This document shows positions 47,216 to 55,627 of a stretch of DNA of 64,000 bases, piece after piece. Both the position numbers and the translations under genes were made by a program. Source of the stretch: a virus (lineage: Duplodnaviria; Caudoviricetes); IMG/VR virus record IMGVR_UViG_3300014205_000011, positions 1 to 64,000 of that record; one strand, written 5' to 3'. Every line of letters begins with the position of its first letter. Position 1 is the first letter of the stretch. Below the pieces are notes generated by a model. That model ran no database searches. It saw only the letters and a program-made list of their open reading frames with translations, and had not been told where the DNA came from.

Positions 47216-48297
47216 TTTTCTTTAGTTTCCTTAAGGTATAAAAAATATATTATAGCTTTTTTACCAAATACATATCTAAGCATACGACCTATTACTTGTT
47301 TAGCACGTCTATCTACTGAAGTTGTAGAACACACTATTCCCATATCTACTTCAGGGGCATCAAATCCTCTTTCAAATATTTTAATAGAATTAAGTACTCT
47401 ATGTTTACCTTCTTGAAACTCTTGTATAAGTTTATTTCTAACTTTATCAGTCATATCAGAATCTATACATATACTACCAGGTATCATTTCAGTAAGAGTA
47501 TTGGCAAACTTTTTAGACATAGAAAATGTAATAATCTTTTTATCAGGATTATCCAGTATTAACTGTTTAGCCATTTGTAACTTTTCATCACATTCATATA
47601 TTAACTCATTTCTATCTTGCATGTTTTGTCTACATCTTTTGGCTATGCCTATAACTTCACCTACAGTGTTGTCTAGATTAGTTTGTCTTAAAAACTCTTT
47701 AGCCCCAGGATACCCCATACAAGAAAATACTATATCCAAATCATCATGGAAATATGCAAAATCTCTCCTAAAACTATTATCAAGTAGTTCATATGCTAAA
47801 GGTCTTTCTACAGCTATATTTTTGATTTCAAAGTCACATATCCAACCATTTTCTAAACATTCTTTAAAACCTATATTGTCTATAACAGGAGCATATTTTT
47901 GAATCAAAATATGTTTACCATCTTTTCTTTCTAAACTAGCAGTAGCACAAAGTATATGTTTGTATTTGGAAACTTTAAAGATCTTACTAAAAGTAGTAGC
48001 AGCCATTAAATCACATTCATCTACAAGAAGTAAGTCACATTCTCTTTGTTTCTTAATGTAACTATTGATAATAAATACTTCTACTTTTGAATCTACTTGA
48101 GCTTCTACTTGTTTTTTCATTACTTTGCTGTGAACTATATAATGAATGACAGCATCAGGAAACTTAGTTAACTTTCTTTTAGCAACTTTATTTAATAAAT
48201 AACTTTTACCAAAACCAGTGCTTGCTATGACTGACCCTAATCCCCCCATATTCAACCACTTAGCTATAATACCATCTTGTTTTTCATCTCTCGTCAT
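47164..48297 (-). CDS. Superfamily 2 DNA helicase
   Basis: ASTGFGKS, DECD, TAS, QVIGRMLR. Confidence 0.9.
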   Translation of the reverse strand: MTRDEKQDGIIAKWLNMGGLGSVIASTGFGKSYLLNKVAKRKLTKFPDAVIHYIVHSKVMKKQVEAQVDSKVEVFIINSYIKKQRECDLLLVDECDLMAATTFSKIFKVSKYKHILCATASLERKDGKHILIQKYAPVIDNIGFKECLENGWICDFEIKNIAVERPLAYELLDNSFRRDFAYFHDDLDIVFSCMGYPGAKEFLRQTNLDNTVGEVIGIAKRCRQNMQDRNELIYECDEKLQMAKQLILDNPDKKIITFSMSKKFANTLTEMIPGSICIDSDMTDKVRNKLIQEFQEGKHRVLNSIKIFERGFDAPEVDMGIVCSTTSVDRRAKQVIGRMLRYVFGKKAIIYFLYLKETKEKWTLMNAQKDIPNISWI

Positions 48298-48518
48298 AGT
48301 ATTTCAATATAATAAGTTTTAGTAGTTTTTCTACGTCTTATAGCAAAGGTAGAACTTGGTAAAAATAGTGCTTGTGTATTATAGTTAATTATCGTAATCT
48401 TATCATAAGATATATGTAATAGTTCACTAGTGTAATCAGGCATTTCACACATTTTTCTAATTATACCTCTATTCTGCCACAACTTTCCTTTTTCACTACT
48501 TGTCATTTTATTTGCCAT
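48294..48518 (-). CDS. Small LFxP-family protein
   Basis: QNRGII ... ALFLPSS. Confidence 0.65.
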   Translation of the reverse strand: MANKMTSSEKGKLWQNRGIIRKMCEMPDYTSELLHISYDKITIINYNTQALFLPSSTFAIRRRKTTKTYYIEIL

Positions 48519-48691
48519 AAAATTGATAAATCATCATTATCTACCCAAGTAAATAAACTATGCGGTAAGAAGAGACTAAAACAAGAAGAATCAGAAGGCC
48601 AGTTATAATCTGTATCCCATATCCAAACCTTTCCTTCATGTCTGAACAAATGATACAACAGTATTTGTCTTTTAATAAATTGATCTTTCAT
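48503..48691 (-). CDS. Small LFxP-family protein
   Basis: IKRQIL ... SLFLPHS. Confidence 0.65.
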   Translation of the reverse strand: MKDQFIKRQILLYHLFRHEGKVWIWDTDYNWPSDSSCFSLFLPHSLFTWVDNDDLSILWQIK

Positions 48692-48927
48692 TTTAATTTG
48701 TATATCATTTCAGAACCTCTCCAAGTATGATAAATTATACCTGATGGTATTAGTATTTTATTAGTTAAAAACAAATGTCTTAACATTGGAAAAGGTATAC
48801 AACTAAGTATACACTCTCCATTAACACCTAATCTATAATTACTGTGTGCCATTTGTCTATCTACTAACTCTTTAGCCATTATTAAGTTACCTCTTACTTC
48901 TGGGTAATCATATGAGATTTTTTTCAT
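48688..48927 (-). CDS. Hypothetical protein (possible divergent LFxP member)
   Basis: LVDRQMA ... HLFL..KILIPSG. Confidence 0.55.
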   Translation of the reverse strand: MKKISYDYPEVRGNLIMAKELVDRQMAHSNYRLGVNGECILSCIPFPMLRHLFLTNKILIPSGIIYHTWRGSEMIYKLK

Positions 48928-49151
48928 ATTATCATATATTTAACATGAAATTCAGGAAATGATTCACTTTCACCGATAAAATGATTTATACTTTGAAGGA
49001 TAAAAATATTTAAAGGAAGTGTGTTTTCATATGTTTGACAACTCTGTTTTTTACAATACCATATACCAGTAGTTGCAACTCCCCAATCTTCATCTAATAG
49101 TCTTCTGTTTATAAGAGTATCAACTCTTTCCATATTAGGTTTTATTTTCAT
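48924..49151 (-). CDS. Hypothetical protein (possible divergent LFxP member)
   Basis: LINRRLL ... NIFILQS. Confidence 0.55.
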   Translation of the reverse strand: MKIKPNMERVDTLINRRLLDEDWGVATTGIWYCKKQSCQTYENTLPLNIFILQSINHFIGESESFPEFHVKYMII

Positions 49152-50376
49152 AACTGCTTATTATATTACTCCAATTGTTAATACATTCTTCTATTGTATT
49201 ATTTTGTATAAAATATTCTCTAATAAAGGCGGGAGAATATTTGTATTCTTCTACTTTATTAATAAATTCATTTACTTTCTCATCAGTGTCATAAAATAAT
49301 TTATATAGCTTCTCCACTTGATGTTTAGAACAATACTTGTATTCTAACTTTACATCTATTCTACCAGGTCTAAATAATGCTTCATCTATTTTAGATATAT
49401 CATTAGTTGTAATAAATATTAAAACATTATGTCTAGCCAATATACCATCCATAGAACTAAGTATAGGCATTATAGAAAATTCATTTTTATCTGAGTCTAT
49501 ATACCTGTCTATATCTTCAAATAATATTATAGAGTTATCTTTTACTGTAGACAACAACTCGATAACTGTTGTATCTTTAAAACTACTATTAATACTTACA
49601 AAATAAACATTTCTTTTATATTTTGAGGCTATTGCATGAACAGTAGAAGTTTTACCTGTACCTGGCAATCCATATAGTAAATATCCCCTTTTATAAGGAA
49701 TACCATTAGTTATATACCAGTTTTCAGCTTTACTAAATTTATCTATATCTGCTATAATAATATCTAAGTTATTATCGGTAATAACTGTATCTATAGACTT
49801 GTGTTTAATAGTAAAGCTTTCTTCCCATCCAGAAGACCCTAAAGTATATACTTGAATTCCTGTTTCTTTTTTAGCATCTCTCATATTTTCTATGATACCA
49901 AGTATTTTATACTTCATATCTGTATTCCATATAAAATACCTTATAGTAACAGTCTCATATACTATAGTACTAAGTATTCCAGCATCAGTAGTACTAGGTT
50001 CATTTCTATTACTCCCTATAAACAATGTTTTACCATTTACTTTACACAAATAAATATTAGAAGAAGGAAAAAGAGTGCTTTTATATTCGTAACTTTTTTT
50101 CTCATGATTATAAGTTTCTATAGTAAATAATTGAAATTTCTTTTCTAGTGATTTTAGTTCAAGAGTACTAATCCATTCTTTAGTATACTTATATAGATTA
50201 TCTGTAATATCTATTTTTATAGTAACAAATAGTTTATTCCAGATAAATCCCAACATTATGCCAGGAACTTTTTTAAGACTATTCAATAATCCTAATATTG
50301 TACCTCCTATTACAGCACCTGAAAAGAATTGATTAGTGTCTATTTGAGATTGAATGTATGTATATATTTCTTTCAT
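49135..50376 (-). CDS. BCS1-like membrane-anchored AAA+ ATPase
   Basis: N-terminal TM (FFSGAVIGGTILGLL); W-Y...GIPYKRGYLLYGLPGTGKT, LFEDID, ITTN...D.AL.RPGRID. Confidence 0.85.
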   Translation of the reverse strand: MKEIYTYIQSQIDTNQFFSGAVIGGTILGLLNSLKKVPGIMLGFIWNKLFVTIKIDITDNLYKYTKEWISTLELKSLEKKFQLFTIETYNHEKKSYEYKSTLFPSSNIYLCKVNGKTLFIGSNRNEPSTTDAGILSTIVYETVTIRYFIWNTDMKYKILGIIENMRDAKKETGIQVYTLGSSGWEESFTIKHKSIDTVITDNNLDIIIADIDKFSKAENWYITNGIPYKRGYLLYGLPGTGKTSTVHAIASKYKRNVYFVSINSSFKDTTVIELLSTVKDNSIILFEDIDRYIDSDKNEFSIMPILSSMDGILARHNVLIFITTNDISKIDEALFRPGRIDVKLEYKYCSKHQVEKLYKLFYDTDEKVNEFINKVEEYKYSPAFIREYFIQNNTIEECINNWSNIISSYENKT

Positions 50377-50378
50377 AA

Positions 50379-50895
50379 TTAAAACATAGTTGTTTGTTTT
50401 GGTTTAATAATATCTATAATCTTGTAACATTCTTTAATGTAAAAGCTCATATCAATATCGTAATCTTTTATAGGCTTTTCTATATATGTATTAAATATAG
50501 TTACTTTAAAACCTTTATTAATAAGTTCAGTAGTTCCTTTACTATATTTTTTAACAAATACACAACCTCTGTTACTTATGTAATACCTTACATTCTTCTG
50601 TTGTTTAGTTATCTTAGTATAAGGATTGTTAGTATAATCATACTCTATTTCATGTGTTTCTCCTTGTGAGTCACCTTTAAACTTTTGTCTACCACAAAAA
50701 TCGTATATGTTTTGATGATTATGAATAGTTTGTTCTATTGGCACATTATTTATAAAGTACTCTGATAGAGCTATTTTAACTATGTTAAATGAAAAATCCT
50801 TATGCCACTCTTCATCTTTTCTAAGTTGTTCATTAGGTTTAAAACAACCTTTATATTTTATACTACCGTCTATTTTTAAGGACATGTAATTGTTA
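50379..50895 (-). CDS. polB: DNA polymerase family B, exon 2
   Basis: Resumes ...V-NNYMSLKIDGSIKYKGCF after the intron; spliced ORF is 1923 nt (640 aa plus stop). Confidence 0.9.
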
Positions 50896-50901
50896 CATGT
50901 G

Positions 50902-51600
50902 TTACTCAAATTTCTCTGAGGATCGGACTATATCTTTAATTATTACTCTTTTCACAAAAAATTCTTTAAATCTTACAAGATCCATTTTATACTTAGCAAA
51001 TTTATGTTGTACCCCATGTATGTTAATTTCTTTTAAATACTTATAATTACAATAAGATACAAACACTCCGTCTAGAGTATACAAGTTATACATATATTTA
51101 GTTTTATATAATGTAAACCATTCTGATTGCTTAAGTCTTCTTTCAGGACTAGCTCTTTTCCAAGCTTCTGAAAGTTTTTCACCATGTTGATCCCTTACTC
51201 CATTTTTCCATTCTTTTTTAAGTCTTTCTGAGATCTTTTTAGAAGTGTCTGAATGAACAATCATATTGCTGTCTGAATCTTGCCTTAAGTTATATCCATG
51301 TTCTCTGTTAGTAGATTTATATAGTTTCATCCAAAACATTTCTTGTTTCTTCATTTTAGCTTCATCTTGCCAAGAGATATACTCTAAAATAAAATATTCA
51401 AAATTGTTTTCTCCATACTTGTTCCAAGCAGCTTGTATATAACTGTTTTCATGTTTTTTATTACCAATTCTTAAAGAAGATACATGCCCATGAATTCTAT
51501 TCCAGATGTTTTTGGATTTACCTATATAAACCTTACCGTTTACTATATTTCTAATACAGTAAATCCCTGATATATTTTTGTGTTTTATGTTTACTATCAT
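50902..51600 (-). CDS. Intron-encoded GIY-YIG homing endonuclease
   Basis: SGIYCIRNIVNGKVYIGKS...R...H...E...GYN; lies between intron elements R and S. Confidence 0.93.
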   Translation of the reverse strand: MIVNIKHKNISGIYCIRNIVNGKVYIGKSKNIWNRIHGHVSSLRIGNKKHENSYIQAAWNKYGENNFEYFILEYISWQDEAKMKKQEMFWMKLYKSTNREHGYNLRQDSDSNMIVHSDTSKKISERLKKEWKNGVRDQHGEKLSEAWKRASPERRLKQSEWFTLYKTKYMYNLYTLDGVFVSYCNYKYLKEINIHGVQHKFAKYKMDLVRFKEFFVKRVIIKDIVRSSEKFE

Positions 51601-51605
51601 TACTA

Positions 51606-51613
51606 CAAATATA
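51606..51613 (-). promoter_or_regulatory. Intron-internal -7 box (TATATTTG) for the endonuclease
   Basis: TAnnTTTG ending 5 nt before ATG 51600. Confidence 0.55.
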
Positions 51614-51825
51614 GTAATATAGTTATTAACTAAACATAAAAAAGTTAATAATTACCTGGCACTTCCACTTATTTAAGTGTACTCTACTTTCTTCCACCTT
51701 TAATAAAGATGTGATTTCGATAGTCTCTGAACCTTCCCTATAAACTACAGGGCTTGGATGCTGATTGCCATATCAATTAAGACTTAGGTTTCCAGCAGTT
51801 CACCAGGTTAAGACGCTAACAAATA

Positions 51826-53231
51826 ACGTCTCTTATGATCATCTTAGAGTACTCTGCATATTCTAGTTGTAATTGAGTTTTAGTTTCCCATTCTTTACAT
51901 ATCCTAAAACAATTGTCTAAATCTACCTTTTTAATTTTAAGTGTTACACCATCAGTATTTGATTGTAATAAAGTTAAATTTATTTCAAGTAGTTTCTCTA
52001 TCAACATAGTCATCAATAATTCTCCATTAACGGTTGTAGTAATAGTATATTTACTATCATACAAAAAGCTATTAGCACTATTAGACTTGCCATATATACT
52101 ATTGAGACTCAATTTCAAAGCATTAGAGATAACCATATCCTTTCTCTTCTTAGCTTCTAATCTTTGATTAAGTATATCTTCATATATTTCATAAAATTCT
52201 TCACCAAGATGTTCTGGATATAGTTTATTTTTAACAGCTATAGAAGGATATAGGCTACCTACATCAATATCTAATATGACATGTTCATCATCAGCTTCAT
52301 ATATACCAGGTGTATGTGATTGATGAATGCCTCCAGTACCATAATAGAATACATATCCTTTATAAATAACTTTTTCATCTACAGATTTTTTAGTATCTAC
52401 TATAACTATATTTTTAATTTTTTCTAACAAGTTAATAAATACAGGTGTAGTAAAGTTTATGTAATTAAACACACATTCACTCATTTTTATTTCATGTCTG
52501 TGGGTTCTCCATTCTTTTACATCATATGGATTTAAGTCTAATTTACTACAATACAAGTTTAATGCTAATTGTTCACCTATTTTAGTATCACTATAATTAG
52601 TACAAGGTAATTTATATTTAGCTTTTATTTCTTTTCTTAACTGAATTTTGTCTAAAGACAATTTGTAAAACTGCAAAGTGGAATATACATCCCAATAATT
52701 ATATTCTAAAATGACATCAACCTCTTCTAAAGTAATATTAGCTTTACTATGATGTATAGGCATATCTACTACTTTTGGTAAATCCATAGCTATTTCTAAT
52801 TGTTTTAAATTACAAGATCTAGCAGGATTATTAAAATGATGTATTTTAAACAAATCTAATTGAGGTATTTTTACTTCTTTAGCTTTTATAGCTGTACCAA
52901 ATACACTTTGATCATCTATAAGTTGTTGAGCTTTTTTATACAATAATCTACATATTTCTTCAGATGTAAAATCATCCCATCCAGATGTAAGTCCATCTTG
53001 AAATATAGTATTATCTAAAAAATAATGTATTACAGGATAATCAAACGCAAGATTATTATACCCTATTTGACCTTTACAATTGTTTAAATGATTAAGCAAT
53101 TCAACTATATTATCCCTATCTTTATGTATTACATATTGAACTATTTCTTCAGTGTCTATGTTTATAGCTGTATATGTAAAACAACTTTTAAGTGTTTCAA
53201 TATCATATACCCATACTCTTCTGTCATTCAT
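51826..53231 (-). CDS. polB: DNA polymerase family B, exon 1 (3'-5' exonuclease plus motifs A-C)
   Basis: YDIET, GYNNLAFD, YNYWDV; DIDVGSLYPS, KLSLNSIYGK, QSNTDG. Confidence 0.93.
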
Positions 53232-53430
53232 TATTTACCTCTTTTTCACTAGTAATGTATATTACTTTATTAGGACTAACTTTAACTGGATTACCTTCTT
53301 CTATATCAATATTAAGATCTTGATTACATAAGTATTTTAAACTATGAAAAGCATCCCATTCTTGTATCCAAGATAAAAAGTTATTTGTCATTTCATCATT
53401 TTCTAATACTATTAGTACTTCATGTTTCAT
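53224..53430 (-). CDS. Hypothetical protein
   Basis: 68-aa ORF overlapping the polB start. Confidence 0.55.
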   Translation of the reverse strand: MKHEVLIVLENDEMTNNFLSWIQEWDAFHSLKYLCNQDLNIDIEEGNPVKVSPNKVIYITSEKEVNNE

Positions 53431-53468
53431 TTAATCTCCTTTTTTCAATTTCTAAATGTAGTCCCATA

Positions 53469-53723
53469 TTACCAATTTATCATTGCTTTTCTATTCAACT
53501 TAAGATAACAGACATTATCATGTTTATGATACGTTGATGGATAAACTTTGTATTCATAAAATGAAAGTATAGTTTTAGGTATAAACATATTAGAACTTAA
53601 ACGTTCAATCAAATGCTTCTTACAATGTTCAGCTTTTTCTGAATCAAAATATACACTTTTGTTCCCAAAATCAAATATAGTATCTAATTTATCCCATACT
53701 TCTTCTTGTTTATATATGTCCAT
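53469..53723 (-). CDS. Small LFxP-family protein
   Basis: NMFIPKTIL. Confidence 0.65.
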   Translation of the reverse strand: MDIYKQEEVWDKLDTIFDFGNKSVYFDSEKAEHCKKHLIERLSSNMFIPKTILSFYEYKVYPSTYHKHDNVCYLKLNRKAMINW

Positions 53724-53901
53724 ATTTTCTATCTATTAATGGCTTAACTCTTATTCTTATATAACTATTTACGGGAGTCCAATAATGATGTTGAATTTCA
53801 AATATAGTATGCGGTAAAAATAGATTATAAGATGTATCTAGTATTCCCGATAAAGATTTATATATTTGTCTATTATTTACTAAATGTTTATGTAATCTCA
53901 T
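53710..53901 (-). CDS. Small LFxP-family protein
   Basis: Start reassigned to ATG 53901 (outside the tRNA); LVNNRQIY ... NLFLPHT. Confidence 0.65.
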   Translation of the reverse strand: MRLHKHLVNNRQIYKSLSGILDTSYNLFLPHTIFEIQHHYWTPVNSYIRIRVKPLIDRKYGHI

Positions 53902-53915
53902 ATATTTTAAATTAG

Positions 53916-53991
53916 TAAACCTGGGGGGAATCAAACCCTAATCCTCTTGATTTTTAGAAGAAATCCGTGCTGTTCATTACACTACAGGTTC
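53916..53991 (-). tRNA. trnR: tRNA-Arg(TCT), atypical T arm (possible pseudo-tRNA)
   Basis: Acceptor GAACCTG/CAGGTTT, D stem GTGT/GCAC, anticodon arm GATTT-CTTCTAA-AAATC. T loop is TTTGATT and the T stem has 2 mismatches. Confidence 0.65.
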
Positions 53992-54010
53992 AAGTTCGAG
54001 TCTTTTTAAG

Positions 54011-54018
54011 TATCTTTG
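54011..54018 (+). promoter_or_regulatory. Bacteroidota -7 box (TATCTTTG), probable leaderless start
   Basis: The same 14-mer TATCTTTGTATATG as at 7424-7437. Confidence 0.55.
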
Positions 54019-54021
54019 TAT

Positions 54022-54645
54022 ATGAGAAAACCAAAAGCCATTAACGCTACATGCAGTTCTTGTGGTAAAGAAATGCATTCTAGAGCTGTAGATAAAACTA
54101 AAGTTCTATGTAGACCTTGTAAAGCATTGCCTCCTCCTAAACCATGTGAAACTTGTGGAATTCTTACAAAGAATCCTAAATTTTGTTCTAGTAGCTGTTC
54201 TGCAATTTATACAGGTAAACATTTTCCTAAAAGAACACTTACTAGAAAATGTAGAAGATGTGAAAATTTAGCTGCTTCATACAAAGATGCTTTATGCCTT
54301 CCTTGCAAGGAAGCTTATCATGCTGATAGATTTTTGCACAAATCTGCTGAAAATACTTTAGAGGATTATTGGAATAAACCTTCTTTAAAAAATTTACACA
54401 TGTCTAGTAAAAATGCTCATATAAGAGGATTAGGAAGATCACAACACAAAGAACTTCTTAAACAACCTTGTGCTAACTGCGCTTATGATAAACATGTAGA
54501 ACTATGTCATATTAAACCTATTAAAGATTTTCTTCCTACTGACAAAATTAAAGATGTCAATTCCCCCAGTAATATAATACAACTATGTCGTAACTGTCAC
54601 TGGGAGTTTGATCATCATTTATTATCTCTAGAAGATCTAACATGA
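54022..54645 (+). CDS. HNH endonuclease with N-terminal Cys-rich zinc fingers
   Basis: Multiple CxxC pairs; CANC...ELCHIKP...NIIQLCRNCHWEFDH. The only convincing plus-strand gene in the minus-strand block. Confidence 0.88.
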   Translation: MRKPKAINATCSSCGKEMHSRAVDKTKVLCRPCKALPPPKPCETCGILTKNPKFCSSSCSAIYTGKHFPKRTLTRKCRRCENLAASYKDALCLPCKEAYHADRFLHKSAENTLEDYWNKPSLKNLHMSSKNAHIRGLGRSQHKELLKQPCANCAYDKHVELCHIKPIKDFLPTDKIKDVNSPSNIIQLCRNCHWEFDHHLLSLEDLT

Positions 54646-54803
54646 AAAGTGTAAACTAAAGCTAAACAGAACTGATGATATTGCAAATCTCATCTCCATT
54701 GTCATAAATAGTTCTTTGGGTCTTGGGTTTATGCTCCCTCAAGGTTACTTGTTTACACTTATAAGATCTTTTACTTACTACTAACCCTTTTTCAGTAATA
54801 TTG

Positions 54804-55616
54804 TTAATTCATTTTATGATTCACTATTTCATCATCGCTTGCCTCATCTCCCCATGCTGTTACTATAAGGTAACCTCCTTTAACAGCTTGTAATACTACA
54901 GGATCAGGTATATGTTTAGCTACTATTTTATAATTTTTTACTTCTTCGTTATCCTCTAACTTCATATCTCTTATAGGAGCACATATAGAAAACTTTTCTT
55001 TTTGTATTTCAAATGTTTCATTACGATCACTATGATTATACATAGGATTAGATCTATCAGTGTACCTATCATACTCACGTTTATTGATTTCGGTTATATT
55101 CTCATAAGAGCCTACAAAGCTACTATAACCATAATAAACTTTTAAATATTTGTAATCTTCCGTTTTAAGTTTAAAAGCTTCTATATCAGTAAGATTTTTC
55201 TCTGGGACAAATCCTTTATAAGCTGATAGTTTTCCTTGTACTAAATTATATTTCTTACATATTCTATTTACAGCTTCTTCATCTATAAACTTATTATTAG
55301 GGTAATGTATAGAAAAGTACTCTATTGATCTAGCTTTTTCTTGTGCTATATCTCTATCATTTTTAGCTTTAACTGCTGTTTGTGCTTCAGCAGTTTGACT
55401 AAATCCTAGTTTAGCTAACCTCTCACCTTTATCTATATTTACAACATTACATCTATTTATAGTCTCTTTAGCAGATTTTAGTAACAACTCACCTGCTATA
55501 TTAAATTCAGAATGAATCTGTTCTATCAACTCTTTAGTATTTATAACTTGTTCAGGAACTTCTAAAAGCTCTGCCTCTTCAGTTACAGTTGTATTTTTTT
55601 TAAATAATTTAAACAT
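54804..55616 (-). CDS. Conserved hypothetical phage protein
   Basis: 270 aa; C-terminal DPVVLQAVKGGYLIVTAWGDEA motif. Confidence 0.7.
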   Translation of the reverse strand: MFKLFKKNTTVTEEAELLEVPEQVINTKELIEQIHSEFNIAGELLLKSAKETINRCNVVNIDKGERLAKLGFSQTAEAQTAVKAKNDRDIAQEKARSIEYFSIHYPNNKFIDEEAVNRICKKYNLVQGKLSAYKGFVPEKNLTDIEAFKLKTEDYKYLKVYYGYSSFVGSYENITEINKREYDRYTDRSNPMYNHSDRNETFEIQKEKFSICAPIRDMKLEDNEEVKNYKIVAKHIPDPVVLQAVKGGYLIVTAWGDEASDDEIVNHKMN

Positions 55617-55627
55617 ATTAGTAATTA

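Larger units (their letters stand above)
50896..51825 (-). mobile_element. Group I self-splicing intron (930 nt) in polB
   Basis: P AACTGCTGGAAAC (51788-51800), Q AATCAGCATCCAAG (51753-51766), R GTTCAGAGACTA (51721-51732), S AAGATATAGTCC (50925-50936). P1 AGACGU/GCGUCU with U-G at the 5' splice site; P10 UUGUUA/UAACAA; terminal G at 50896. Confidence 0.93.

Noticed and set aside
50379-50909. ORF-track 176-aa protein as an independent gene
   Set aside because: Its TTG start lies inside the intron; it is exon 2 of polB.
53902-53934. ORF-track N-terminal extension (MIPPRF...) of ORF 53710
   Set aside because: Overlaps the tRNA-Arg 3' end; ATG 53901 is the more plausible start.
54672-54678. CTGATGA as a hammerhead ribozyme core
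   Set aside because: No correctly placed GAAA after a stem II on that strand.
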